This document shows positions 28,138 through 41,000 of a DNA stretch of 64,000 nt, one piece after another. The notes under the pieces are model-generated. The model was not told where the DNA came from, ran no database searches, and saw only the letters and a program-made list of their open reading frames with translations. Numbering within the stretch: position 1 is the first letter of the stretch; every line of letters begins with the position of its first letter. Both the position numbers and the translations under genes were made by a program. The DNA is from Eledone cirrhosa (taxonomy: Eukaryota), in the NCBI GenBank assembly GCA_964016885.1, contig OZ024743.1:375968001-376032000 (forward strand). Direction: 5' to 3'.

Positions 28138-28763
28138 GTCGGGTCACTCTTGAGTGCTACTGGTAACATGTAACCCAGTACAACCTGTCGCATAGTCGGG
28201 TTGTCGGCGACTAAACCGGCAACCCCACCAAGTTTACTTGGTGAGGAGGGTGATTTTGGACACTCTGCAGGACGAAAAACAAAACATGACAAAGGGCGGA
28301 AGAACTCATAAAAGTCAACGGCCACCCAAAAGTGTGTAAATATGCATATACACATGTACATATGTGTGTATATGTATATGTGTATATGCATGGGTGCATG
28401 TGTATGTATATCCGCGGGGACATAGAAATAGTCGGGCTGGACACCCGATCGCGCGGTTAAACCACTGGGAGTGAAGGACCCCTAGCCTTTGTCAGGGCAT
28501 TCTTCTAGAAGAAGGAAACTCAGGAAACTGGGATAACTCCGATATAAAACCTGCGGCTCAGTAGTTACCGATGATGTTGATCTTTTCTTCTTTTCGGGTT
28601 ATAGCTACTGTCGCCCAGAGAGTGGAATTGGCTCAGTGCACAGTCTTTCCTCATTTTAAAAAAACATTTTCACGCACCGGCATTGCACGATAGAATTAAT
28701 TAATAATTATTAATAATGGTATATCGTGCAGTGGCCATATTCGATAACGAGGGGCAGCCATCA
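28138..28763 (+). mobile_element. Bipartite non-autonomous RTE element, family C
   Basis: 28430-28690 matches the 5'UTR of the autonomous RTE (55782-56043, minus strand); 28724-28763 matches the RTE 3' end (33622-33662). Confidence 0.9.
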
Positions 28764-28836
28764 TGTATGTATGTATGTATGTATGTATGTATGTATGTAT
28801 GTATGTATGTATGTATGTATGTATGTATATATGTAT

Positions 28837-29904
28837 GTTCTTCTGGTTTTATAATTTCACAAAGTTTTACCAATAGAGGGAGAGTCGGTTTCTAACATAG
28901 ACACAAGGCTCTCTCATTGGAATTTACACAACATCAACTAGGTAGATATGTATGGATATCTGCATGCGTGCATGTGTAGATATGGATGTTATTGTATGTG
29001 TGGATGTGTATGTTTTGAGTTGTATGTGTGCATGTGTATATGCTTTGTATCTGTACATGTGTATATGCAGTTATTAGATGCAAAATTTTTGGAATGTTTT
29101 ACATATTTTTACTGTTCCATTAATGGATTGTACTTGTAATTTCCTAACTAGTTGTGTTCTTTCTGTTCCTGTGAAGCCTAGCTTCTCAATATTTGTATTG
29201 AGGCGGTTACTAACATATCCCAGTGCCCCAATAATCACAGGCATAATTCTGAAGGTGTAATCAGGGTGGAGTATCTGCAGATTTCTCATCAGTTCTGCAT
29301 AAATATTCTCCTTTTCACTAATCTTTGATATTATATTGGCATCTGCTGGGCAGCTAATTTCCACTACTGTGCATGTTTTCTTCTCCCTGTCCTATATCAT
29401 AATATCTGGTCTGTTATGCCTGCATTTTATTGGGGTTTTTACTGGAACATTCCACCAGTACTCTTTCATATTATGTACATGGATGTCTTCCACATTGTTG
29501 TAGCTTTTAATGTGTTTATTATCGGGGCTATCTTTTTTACGAACTGCATTGTACAGTGTTTTGGCCACTACATCATGCTTCATAGATAGATAGTACCGCG
29601 ATGACATCTTTGGGCAGCTGCTGATGACATGGGTGATATCCTCGATGTTAGTTCTGCAGAGTCTGCACTTCTTATCACATCTAGGTGTTTTGCCTGCATC
29701 CCTATCTCTTTTGTGAATCAGGTATTTCGTGCTAATCTTCTGTTCTTGGATTGCAAAAGCGTATCCTTCAAAGTGGGAGCCAATATAGCGGTTGTTGGTC
29801 CAAGATAGACTACTTTCCTTATCTATATTACTCTCACTCTTGAGCTTCCTGGCAACATATCCATGCATGATTTTTTGCTGATAGGCATGCAGTTTTTCAT
29901 CCAA
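28837..29904 (-). mobile_element. 5'-truncated R4/Dong-like RLE-type LINE, family B'
   Basis: CRLC..EDITHVISSC zinc knuckle, KHDVVAK, RPDIMI..VEISCP PD-(D/E)xK-like nuclease, KICKTF; stop at 29392; flanked by (TATG)n. Confidence 0.88.
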
Positions 29905-29974
29905 TGTATGTATGTATGTATGTATGTATGTATGTATGTATGTATGTATGTATGTATGTATGTATGTATGTATG

Positions 29975-30326
29975 TTTTCTCTATCTCTTAATTTCGAGTA
30001 TATTTTTTTGACCGGCCACCTTCCTGGTGGCAAGGTTGTAAAAGAAAAGAAATTGTCATCCCTTGAATCGCAAGAATGTTTTGCAAATTTTGAAGGTGCC
30101 AGCTATCGCAGCCATTTGTAGACTATGAATTAGGGAGCTGCGCTTTTTGTCCGCAAATCCAAGTTCAGTCATACTTTGGTCCAAGCGGGTTGGTATATAA
30201 CCCGTAGCACCAATAATGATGGGTATGAAGCTAAAGGTGTATCTTGGATACTGGATTTGTAAACTCCTCATCAATGGTCCGTAGATGTCCTCCTTCTCCT
30301 GTATTTTTCTGACAACGTTTACATCA
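29975..30326 (-). mobile_element. 3' end of R4/Dong-like LINE family A (second copy)
   Basis: Near-identical to 26460-26781. Confidence 0.82.
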
Positions 30327-30371
30327 TGTATGTATGTATGTATGTATGTATGCATGTATGTATGTATGTAT

Positions 30372-30981
30372 GGTCAGGTCACCAGTTGGTGCTACTGGTA
30401 ACATGTATCCCAGTACAACCTGTCTCATGGTCGGGTCGTTGGCGACTAAACTGGCAATCCCACCAAGGTTTCTTGGTGAGGAGGGTGACTTTGGACATCC
30501 TGCAGGACTAAAAACAAAACCTGTCAAAGGGCAAAGGAGCTCTTAAGAGTCAATGGCCATCCAAAATCACCGGGAGAGATGACCCCTTAGCCTTTGTCAG
30601 GGCAGAATTCTAGGAGAAGGAAAACTCTGATATAACACCTGTAACCCTGATGGTATCCAATGATGTTGACTTGTTCTTCTTTTTGGTAAATATCATCTTG
30701 GTTAAGAGAGTGGGACTGGCTTTGTGCAGTGCCTTTGCTCACTATAAAAGCTTCATGGCACAGGCATTGCTTTATATCTGGAGATCTCTCTGCACTTGTA
30801 GTCACATGGTACTATGGGCCTAGCACTATGTGTCAATAATTGTCACAGGTGTAGTGTTTGTACCAGAGTTTTCAAGTCGCTGGCTGGACTAAAAAGTCAC
30901 ACTCGTTTAGCGCATCAGTAGGGGTTCTCCTACATGGATATAAAGTAGTGGCCGTACTCGAAAACGAGTTGGCAGCCACCA
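30372..30981 (+). mobile_element. Family B element, full length
   Basis: Near-identical to 27463-28068. Confidence 0.85.
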
Positions 30982-31027
30982 TGTATGTATGTATGTATGT
31001 ATGTATGTATGTATGTATGTATGTATG

Positions 31028-31055
<28 letters not shown>

Positions 31056-31059
<4 letters not shown>

Positions 31060-33335
31060 ATCACGTGTTAGGCGGAGTCTTACTCAGATGAAGGATCAGT
31101 GGTGGAGTGAGAAGGCTGGTGAGATACAAACTGCGTCAGATTCCAATAACACAAAGCTGTTGTACAGTCTCTTGCGTGAGGTTTATGGACCGTCTTCTTC
31201 CCTGGTGACACCGCTTCGCAGCAAGGATGGCAAAGAACTTCTACGTGACTCACAAGGAATTCTACGAAGGTGGCGAGAGCACTTTGATGAACTTTTGAAT
31301 CAGCCGTCTGTCGTCAGTGAAGATTTCCTCAAGCTCATTCCAGAAAATCCTGTGAAAGTAGCTTGTGGAGGTTGCAGTGGCTATTTCGAAGCTGAACAGT
31401 GGAAGATCTCCAGGTATGGATGGCATACATGCTGAGCTCCTACAATATGGTGGTGAGAGACTCCTGCAACATCTTCACTCTTTGTTTGGCAGGATATGGG
31501 CTAATGAATCCGTACCTGAGGACTGGAGAGATGCAGTAATGGTGGTCTTGTACAAGGGAAAGGGTAACAGGAATGATTGTGGGAACTACAGAGGTATATC
31601 ATTGCTTTCTGTCGTAGGGAAAGTTTTATGTAGGGTGCTTCTGGACCGTCTGCTGACACACATTGCAGATTGTGTTCTTCCTGAAAGTCAATCTGGTTTT
31701 CGTGCTGGACGCGGCACTACTGATATGATCTTCTCAGCTAGACAGCTCCAGGAGAAGTGCATTGAACAAGGCTTGGATCTGTATCAGGTTTTTGTCGATC
31801 TGACAAAAGCTTTCGATACTGTTAACAGAGATGCATTATCGAAGGTTCTCCAGAAACTTGGCTGCCCTGATAAGTTCCTTGCTTTAGTTAGGTCTTTCCA
31901 TGACGACATAAAGGCTTGGATTAATGTCGGAGGTAACATGTCGCAGCCTATCTCAGTAAAAAATGGAGTGAAACAGGGGGATATTTCAGCACCGACCCTG
32001 TTTGCCATATACTTTGCAATGGTTTTCTGTATTGCATTCAGGAATTGCGAGCATGGTGTTTACATCCGATATCGAACCTCAGGCAGCATATTTAACATCA
32101 GGCGCTCTGCTGCGAAGACAAAAGTATTTACATCAATCATAAGAGACCTCTTGTATGCAGATGATTGCGATCTTGTAGCGCACACAGAGAGTGATATGCA
32201 GCACATTTTGAATGCATTTTCTAACGCTTGCACTGCCCTAGGATTGACTGTCTGTCTCAAGAAAACCGTCGTCATGTACCAACCTGCCCCTGGTAAGCAG
32301 TACACTGAACCAAACATCTATGTGTATGGTAAACGACTTGGAGTGGCTGATCAGTTTGTCTACCTGGGAAGCACTGTCAATCGATACGGCAACCTTGAAA
32401 GTGAAATCTCACTTAGGATTAGGAAAGCAAGTGATGCTTTCGGAAAGCTAGAACGGCGACTCTGGGGTCGGCGAGACATATGCAGGAGGACAAAGGTAAA
32501 GGTGTACAGGGCATGTGTGCTCTCTTGTCTTTCTTATGCCTGCGAGACCTGGGTCACATATCGACACCACCTTAAGCAATCGGAGCGTTTCCATCAGATG
32601 TGTCTCAGACGGATCCATGGCGTTCACTGGAGGGACCACATCAGTGATGTCGAGATTTTGGAAAGCTCTATGTGTGACAGTATAGAAGCTCTTGTGCTTA
32701 AGAAACGACTCCGTTGGAGTGGTCACCTTGCCAGGATGAAGGATTCTAGAATACCAAAACAACTCTTTTATGGAGAGTTTGTTAAAGGAAAACGACCGCC
32801 ACATAAACCAAAAAAGAGGTATAAGGATTCGTTGAAAGCCTCTCTGAAAGACGCTAACATCTCTGCTGATACATGGGAAAATATTGCTGTTGATCGTAAT
32901 AAATGGAGAAAGACTGTATATGAGGGAAAAGTTGCCTTTGGGGCATCTCGAATCGCATACGAGAAAGTAAAGCGGGATGTGAGGAAGGGCATTGCTGTTG
33001 CACTTCCAGACGGCGAGGGTCCTCCTATGGTGCTGACATGCAGCGTCTGTGCGAGACTCTGCCTAAGCAAAGCTGGACCCGAAAGTCATCTTCGCAGTCA
33101 TAAAGTAAGACCAGTGGTTGACTACCAGGCTGCTGTTGGAGATGCTACTCATCATGCTTGCCAAACATGTGGTAGAGAATGTAAATCAGCAGGAGGGCTC
33201 AAGCGACATTCAAAAGTACACGAACTCCAACCACAGCCGACTATTCACAGTGAATGTTTTGGTTGCCGACTCTGTGCAAGACATTTTAGATCATTGGCTG
33301 GGCTAAAAAGCCACATTCGATCGCAGCGCTGTTAG
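31056..33335 (+). pseudogene. RTE reverse transcriptase with three C-terminal C2H2 zinc fingers
   Basis: NYRGISLL, DLTKAFD, GVKQGD, LLYADD, LRWSGH; three CxxC..H fingers; ~20-bp deletion/frameshift near 31364 relative to copy 3. Confidence 0.92.
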
Positions 33336-33438
33336 TTGCTATCGTGTGTGTGTGTATAGATATGTTTATGTGTGTGCGTGTATGTGTATATATATATGTA
33401 TATGTATATTATTATTGTTGTTGTCGTTATTATTATTG

Positions 33439-33470
<32 letters not shown>

Positions 33471-33528
33471 GTGATTAATGTATATGTGTGTGTGTGTGTA
33501 TGTGTGTGTGTATGTATGTATATGTATA

Positions 33529-33559
<31 letters not shown>

Positions 33560-33564
33560 TTCTT

Positions 33565-33595
<31 letters not shown>

Positions 33596-33662
33596 ATTTA
33601 TTTATTAATTTCTTTTTCTCCTCGTGCAATGGCCATACTCGATAACGAGGGGGCAGCCATCA
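31056..33662 (+). mobile_element. RTE-clade LINE copy 1, 5'-truncated, intact 3' end
   Basis: RT ORF, microsatellite-rich 3'UTR, terminal stem-loop and (TATG)n tail. Confidence 0.93.
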
Positions 33663-33691
33663 TGTATGCATGTATGTATGTATGTATGTAT

Positions 33692-34379
33692 GTGGAAAGC
33701 TCTCTGTGTGACAGTATAGAAGCTCTTGTGCTTAAGCAAAGACTGCCGTGGAGTGGTCACCTTGCCAGGATGAAGTATTCTAGAATACCGAAACAACTCT
33801 TTTATGGAGAGTTAGTTAAAGGAAAACGACCTCGACATAAACCGAAAAAAGAGGTATAAGGATTCGTTGAAAGCCTCTTTGAAAGACGCTAACATCTCTG
33901 CTGATAGATGGGAAAACGTAGCTGCTGATCGTAATAAATGGAGAAAGACTGTATATGAGGGGAAAGTTGCCTTTGAGGCATCTCGAATCGCATACGAGAA
34001 AGTAAAAAGGGATATGATGAAGGGCATTGCTGCTGCATTTCCAGACAGCGAAGGGCCTCCTATGGCGCTGACACGCAGCGTATGTGCGAGACTCTGCCTA
34101 AGCAAAGCTGGACTCGAAAGTCATCTTCGCAGTCATAAAGTAAGACCAGTGGTTGACTACCAGGCTGCTGTTAAAGATGCTACTCATCATACCTACCAAG
34201 CATGTGGAAGAGAGTGTAGATCAGCAGATCAAACGGCATGCAAAAGTACATGAACTCCATGTTTTGGTTGCCAACTCTGGCTGGGCTAAAAAGCCACATT
34301 CGATCGCAGCTCCGTTAATTGTTATTGTGTGTGTCTGTGTATGTGTGTATGTATGTGCATGTGTATATATAGATATGTA

Positions 34380-34420
<41 letters not shown>

Positions 34421-34506
34421 CGAAGGAAATGTGGTAAGGAACCAGGTGGACCATAACGCACCAAAGTACTCAATACTTAGGGTAGTAGAGTAGGGTCTTA
34501 CTTGTT

Positions 34507-34580
<74 letters not shown>

Positions 34581-34648
34581 TATATATACATATATATAAT
34601 TTTTTTTCGTGCAATGGCCACACTTGATAACGAAGGGGCAGCATCATG
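33692..34648 (+). mobile_element. RTE-clade LINE copy 2, heavily 5'-truncated and decayed
   Basis: Matches 32660-33662 with frameshifts and deletions; same 3' terminus. Confidence 0.9.
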
Positions 34649-34704
34649 TAAGTATGTATGTATGTATGTATGTATGTATGTATGTATGTATGTATGTATG
34701 TATG

Positions 34705-34735
<31 letters not shown>

Positions 34736-34752
34736 GTATGTATGTATGTATG

Positions 34753-35348
34753 TCTGGGATACTGGTAACATGTATCCCAGTACAACCTGTCTCATGGTCG
34801 GGTCGTTGGCGACTAAACTGGCAACCCCACCAAGGTTTCTTGGTGAGGAGGGTGACTTTGGACATCCTGCAGGACTAAAAACAAAACCTGTCAAAGGGCA
34901 AAGGAGCTTTTAAGAGTTAATGGCCATCCAAATTCACCGGGAGAGATGACCCCTTAGCCTTTGTCAAGGCAGAATTCTAGGAGAAGGAAAACTCTGATAT
35001 AACACCTGCAACCCTGATGGTATCCAATGATGTTGACTTGTTCTTCTTTTTGGTAAATATCATCTTGGTTAAAAGAGTGGGACTGGCTTTGTGCAGTGCC
35101 TTTGCTCACTATAAAAGCTTCACGGCACAGGCATTGCTTTGTATCTGGAGATCTCTCTGCACTTGTCATCACATGGTACCATGGGCCCAGCATTGTGTGT
35201 CAGTGGTTGTCACAGGTGTAGTGTTTGTACCAGAGTTTTCAAGTCGCTGGCTGCCTAAAAAGTCACACTTGTTCAGCGCATCGGTAGGGGTTCTCCTACA
35301 TGGATATAAAGTAGTGGCCGTACTCGAAAACGAGTTGGCAGCCACCAT
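34753..35348 (+). mobile_element. Family B element
   Basis: Near-identical to the other B copies. Confidence 0.85.
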
Positions 35349-35706
35349 GTATGTATGTATGTATGTATGTATGTATGTATGTATGTATGTATGTATGTAC
35401 GTATGTATGTATGTATGTATATTATCGTTTACCAACACGTATTCATACACAGAACCTCGGTAGCAAAGCTTTATAACAAATTCTTTCCCAAGGACCATGG
35501 CATGAAAACGAAGTTGGTTCAATCTTCCCTTACTGTCCTCGTTAAACCTTTCATCACAGCAATGGTTGTAGCAACATAGCATTAAATAATATATACAATA
35601 ATAGGCCAGTTGATAAATATAATAACAGATCCATTAAAAAAATTATTTAGTTCATTCTCATTCCTCTATATTTCTCTTTCTATCTTTCTTTCTTATTTCC
35701 CACTTT

Positions 35707-35826
<120 letters not shown>

Positions 35827-35927
35827 TATATATATAGTATGGTAAGTTATTCCCAGTAGAATCGGAGCTAACCACAGTAAGTAAGGTACTCAATACACAG
35901 CAGAATATAAAAGTTTTAATATAGATG

Positions 35928-35978
35928 AGATTCTACAGGACTAGAACTGTTTCATTCTTTAGAAATCATCAGGAATCT
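35928..35978 (-). ncRNA. Type I hammerhead ribozyme motif (GUA site)
   Basis: agattc CTGATGA tttctaaagaat GAAAC ag ttctagtc ctGT A gaatct: 6-bp stem I, 4-bp stem III, weak stem II. Confidence 0.7.
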
Positions 35979-36442
35979 GGCTTTCCAAAAATAAATTATA
36001 TATATATATATAACCAAGTAAAGAGATATATGTATATACAGAGAGAGAAAGAGCCATATATTGTAAAAGAAACACGGTCTATTGTATATATACAAAATAC
36101 ATATTCTATAGAAGAATATGCACACAGGTGGAATCATATGTGAAACCTTATAGTCCTTTTTCATACCTGGAGTGTATGACCTAAAATCGATCTATGTAAT
36201 CGATCATAGAAAAAAATCAATCAATATAATCGATAATCGAAGACAAACTGTCGATTATGATTAAACCAGGTACTCATCAGAGGTCTAGTCTCACTATTCT
36301 AAGGGAAATATAGAATGAAGATGGTATTTGGTATATATACAATATACCGTGTTTGATTATTATGGGTCTAGATAAAGTCTATTGAGCTTGCTTGTTGAGA
36401 AACACAAAATTCCAAACATATGATATGTTTTGATTCATTATT

Positions 36443-36488
<46 letters not shown>

Positions 36489-36533
36489 TGAGATTCTACA
36501 GGACTAGAACTGTTTCATTCATTAGAAATCATC

Positions 36534-36580
36534 ATTCCTGATGATTTCTAATGAATGAAACAGTTCTAGTCCTGTAGAAT
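36534..36580 (+). ncRNA. Second copy of the hammerhead motif, inside the palindrome
   Basis: attc CTGATGA tttctaatgaat GAAAC ag..ctGT A gaat. Confidence 0.6.
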
Positions 36581-36664
36581 CTCATCTATATTAAAACTTT
36601 TATACTCTGCTATGTATTGAGTACCTTACTTACTGTGGTTACCTCCGATTCAACCCGGAATAAC

Positions 36665-36724
<60 letters not shown>

Positions 36725-36906
36725 TTTGTTTGTTACTTTGGTATTCTGTGGTTAGGTTTTGCCTGCCGCAATGTTCAATTTGTCACGCTATTTAAACGTA
36801 TGTTATTACTCTAAGGACCTACCCTTATTGAATGCTTTGCTAACTCATTCCTATTGTAGGTCGTCTTTGCTTGCCCACAGCCAAAGCTTCGATTTTACTA
36901 AGCTTC

Positions 36907-36969
<63 letters not shown>

Positions 36970-37196
36970 TTGTGTATATATATCTAGCTGACTAACCCAC
37001 GGCTTAGGTGCATTCTAACCGCGTTGGCTGCTCACCAGTCGGCGAAATTGCGCAGCCGTGACTATGAAGAAAAATTAGGTAATTTTTGTTCATTTGTTCT
37101 TCACACTTATAATATTATCTCTCTCTCACTCATCCCCTTTCTCTCTCTCTCTCTCTCTCTCTCTTGGAAGCTGTCTGGACAGCTTCCCAAAATAAT

Positions 37197-37383
37197 TGTT
37201 TCTACTTTAGGCACAAGGCCAGCAATTACCCAGTGCATTACTGGTACTTTATTTTATCGACCCCGTAAGGATGAAAGGCAAAGTCAACCTCGGCGGGATT
37301 TGAACTCAGATCGTAAAGGGACGTAACTATGCTGGAAAGCATGGCGTCCGACCCTCTACCGATACTGCCAATCCACCGCCCAG
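37197..37383 (-). mobile_element. SINE family 1 short variant with 16-bp TSD
   Basis: TSD AGCTTCCCAAAATAAT at 37181-37196 and 37384-37399. Confidence 0.92.
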
Positions 37384-37657
37384 AGCTTCCCAAAATAATG
37401 GTCGCTTATAATAGGGTACGTCAAAATTATTTATAAAACTGTTTATATATTGTATTTTATCTGACGAAGGCATGCCATATTTTAATTTGGTATCCCTGAA
37501 ATATGTATAATGAAATAAATATGGTTTTATAAATATAGATTCCATTTATTTAATATCGTATATATATATACATATTTGTGTATATGTGTATATGTATGTG
37601 TGAGTATAAATATAATATATTATATATATATATATATATATATGGTATATGTATACA

Positions 37658-37746
<89 letters not shown>

Positions 37747-38049
37747 TACACACGCTCTCTCTTGCCTATTGCACTCAGTTTAAACCAACATTTATCTTAA
37801 ATTTATAATGCCAAATCAAAATAACAACAACAACAGCAGCAATAATAATAATAATAATAATGATAATAATAATAATAATAACAATAATTGCGTTTATTGG
37901 CTACAACTACTGTGAGAAGTTTTTGTCTTGTAGTCAAAATAAGAGTGACAGCTTTGCATCAAGTGACTTCAAACCAAACAAAAGACCTCTTAACTGGTTA
38001 ACATCTCTTATTCAAACTGTTATTCAGATAACTTACAATAACCTAGCTA

Positions 38050-41000
38050 ACACACTACCACTGCCACCTACACCACCACCTATACCACCATCACACCACC
38101 AACATGCCACCACCATGCCAGCATAATGCCACCACCTCGCCACCACCTACACCATCACTTCGCCATCACCTACACCACCATCACGCCACCACCTACACCA
38201 CCATCACGCCATCACACCACCACCATCACGCCACCACCTACACCACCATTACGCCACCACCTACACCACCACCACACCACCACCGTACCACAACGATGCC
38301 ACCATCACACCATCACCATGCCACCACCTCGCCACCACCTACACCACCACTTCGCCACCATCTACACCACCCACACAATCATCACAACCATCACTAGCAC
38401 TCTACCACAACCATCACAACTACGCCACCACAACCATCACTATCACACCACCACCACAACCATCACACCACAACCATCACTACCACGCCACCACCACCAT
38501 CACTCCAACAACCACCACACCACCACAACAACCACACCACCACTACCAACACCATCACCACCACAACTACCACAACCACCACAACCACCACAACCAACAC
38601 CATCACTACCACACTACCACAACCACCACTACCACCACAACCACCACACCACCACTACCAACACCATCACTACCACACCACCACAACCACCACAACCACC
38701 ACTACCAACATCATCACTACCACAACCATCACAACCACCACAACCACCACTACCAACACCATCACTACCACACCACCACAACCACCACAACCGCCACACT
38801 ACCACTACCAACACCATCACTACCACAACCACCACAACCACCACAACCACCACACCACCACTACCAACACCATCACTACCACAACCACCACAACCACCAC
38901 AACCACCACACCACCACTACCAACACCATCATTACCACACCACCACAACCACCACAACCACCACAACCACCACTACCAACACTATCACTACCACACCACC
39001 ACAACTACCACAACCACCACGACCACCACTACCAACACCATCACCACCATAACCACCACAACCACCACAACCACCACAACCACCACTACCAACATCATCA
39101 TCACCACAACCACCACAACCACCACAACCACCACAACCACCACAACCACTACCACCAACACCATCACCACCACAACCACCACAACCACCACACCACCACA
39201 ATCACCACTACCAACACCATCACCACCACACCACCACAACCACCACTACCAACACCATCACTACCACAACCACCACAACCACCACAACCACCCCACCACC
39301 ACTACCAACACCATCACCACCACACCACCACAACCACCACTACCAACACCATCACTACCACAACCACCACAACCACCACAACCACCACAACCACCCCATC
39401 ACCACTACCAACACCATCAGCACCACACCACCACAACCACCACAACCACCACTACCAACACCATCACTACCACAACCACCACAACCACCACTACCAACAC
39501 CATCACTACCACAACCACCACAACCACCACACCACCACAACCACCACTACCAACACCATCATCACCACAACCACCACAACCACCACAACCACCACAACCA
39601 CTACCACCAACACGATCACCACCACAACCACCACAACCACCACACCACCACAACCACCACTACCAACACCATCACCACCACACCACCACAACCACCACTA
39701 CCAACACCATCACTACCACAACCACCACAAACACCACAACCACCCCACCACCACTACCAACACCATCACCACCGCACCACCACAACCACCACTACCAACA
39801 CCATCATTACCACAACCACCACAACCACCACACCACCACAACCCCCACTACCAACACCATCACCACCACAACCACCACAACCACCACTACCACCACACCA
39901 CCATCACCACTACTACCACCACTACCAACACCATCACTACCACAACCACCACAACCACCACACCACCACAACCACCACTACCAACACCATCACCACCACA
40001 ACCACCACAACCACCACTACCACCACACCACCATCACCACTACTACCACCACTACCAACACCATCACTACCACAACCACCACAACCACCACACCACCACA
40101 ACCACCACTACCAACACCATCACCACCACAACCACCACAACCACCACTACCACCACACCACCATCACCACTACTACCACCACTACCAACACCATCACAAC
40201 CACAACCACCACAACCACCACACCACCACAACTACCACTACCAACACCATCACCACCACAACCATACCACCACCATCACCACCACAACCACCACACCACC
40301 ATCACCACTACTACCACCGCTACCAACACCATCACCACTACTACCACCACTACCAACACCATCACCTCTACAACCACCACAACTACCACAACCACCACAA
40401 CCACCACTACCAACACCATCACCACCACAACCACCACAACCACCACACCACCACAACTACCACTACCAACGCCATCACTACCACAACCAAACAACCACCA
40501 CACCACCACAACCACCACACCACCACTACCACCACACGACCATCACAACCACCACACCGCCACAACCACCACAACCACCACAACCACCACAACCACCACA
40601 ACCACCACAACCACCACACCACCACAACTACCACTACCAACGCCATCACTACCACAACCAAACAACCACTACACCACCACAACCATCACACCACCACTAC
40701 CACCACACGACCATCACAACCACCACACCACCACAACCACCACAACCACCACGACCACCACAACCACCACACCACCACAACCACCACAACCACTACACCA
40801 CCACTACCACCACTACCACCACTTCCACCACACCACCACTACCACCACTTCCACCACACCACCACTACCACCACAACCACCACAACCACCACAACCACCA
40901 CACCACCACAACTACCACTACCAACGCCATCACTACCACAACCAAACAACCACTACACCACCACAACCATCACACCACCACAACCACCACACCACCACAA

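Larger units (their letters stand above)
35836..36665. mobile_element. Penelope-like element remnant: inverted pLTR segments between (TA)n runs
   Basis: 35845-35975 and 36535-36663 are inverted copies; perfect ~53-bp-arm palindrome at 36482-36591; hammerhead cores present. Confidence 0.7.

Noticed and set aside
28136-28225. HDV-like or twister ribozyme assignment for the B/C 5' end
   Set aside because: P1/P3/L3 topology and twister core motifs could not be fitted; kept only as an unclassified structure
37462-37480. CTGACGAAGG hammerhead-like start
   Set aside because: No following GAAA or stem III
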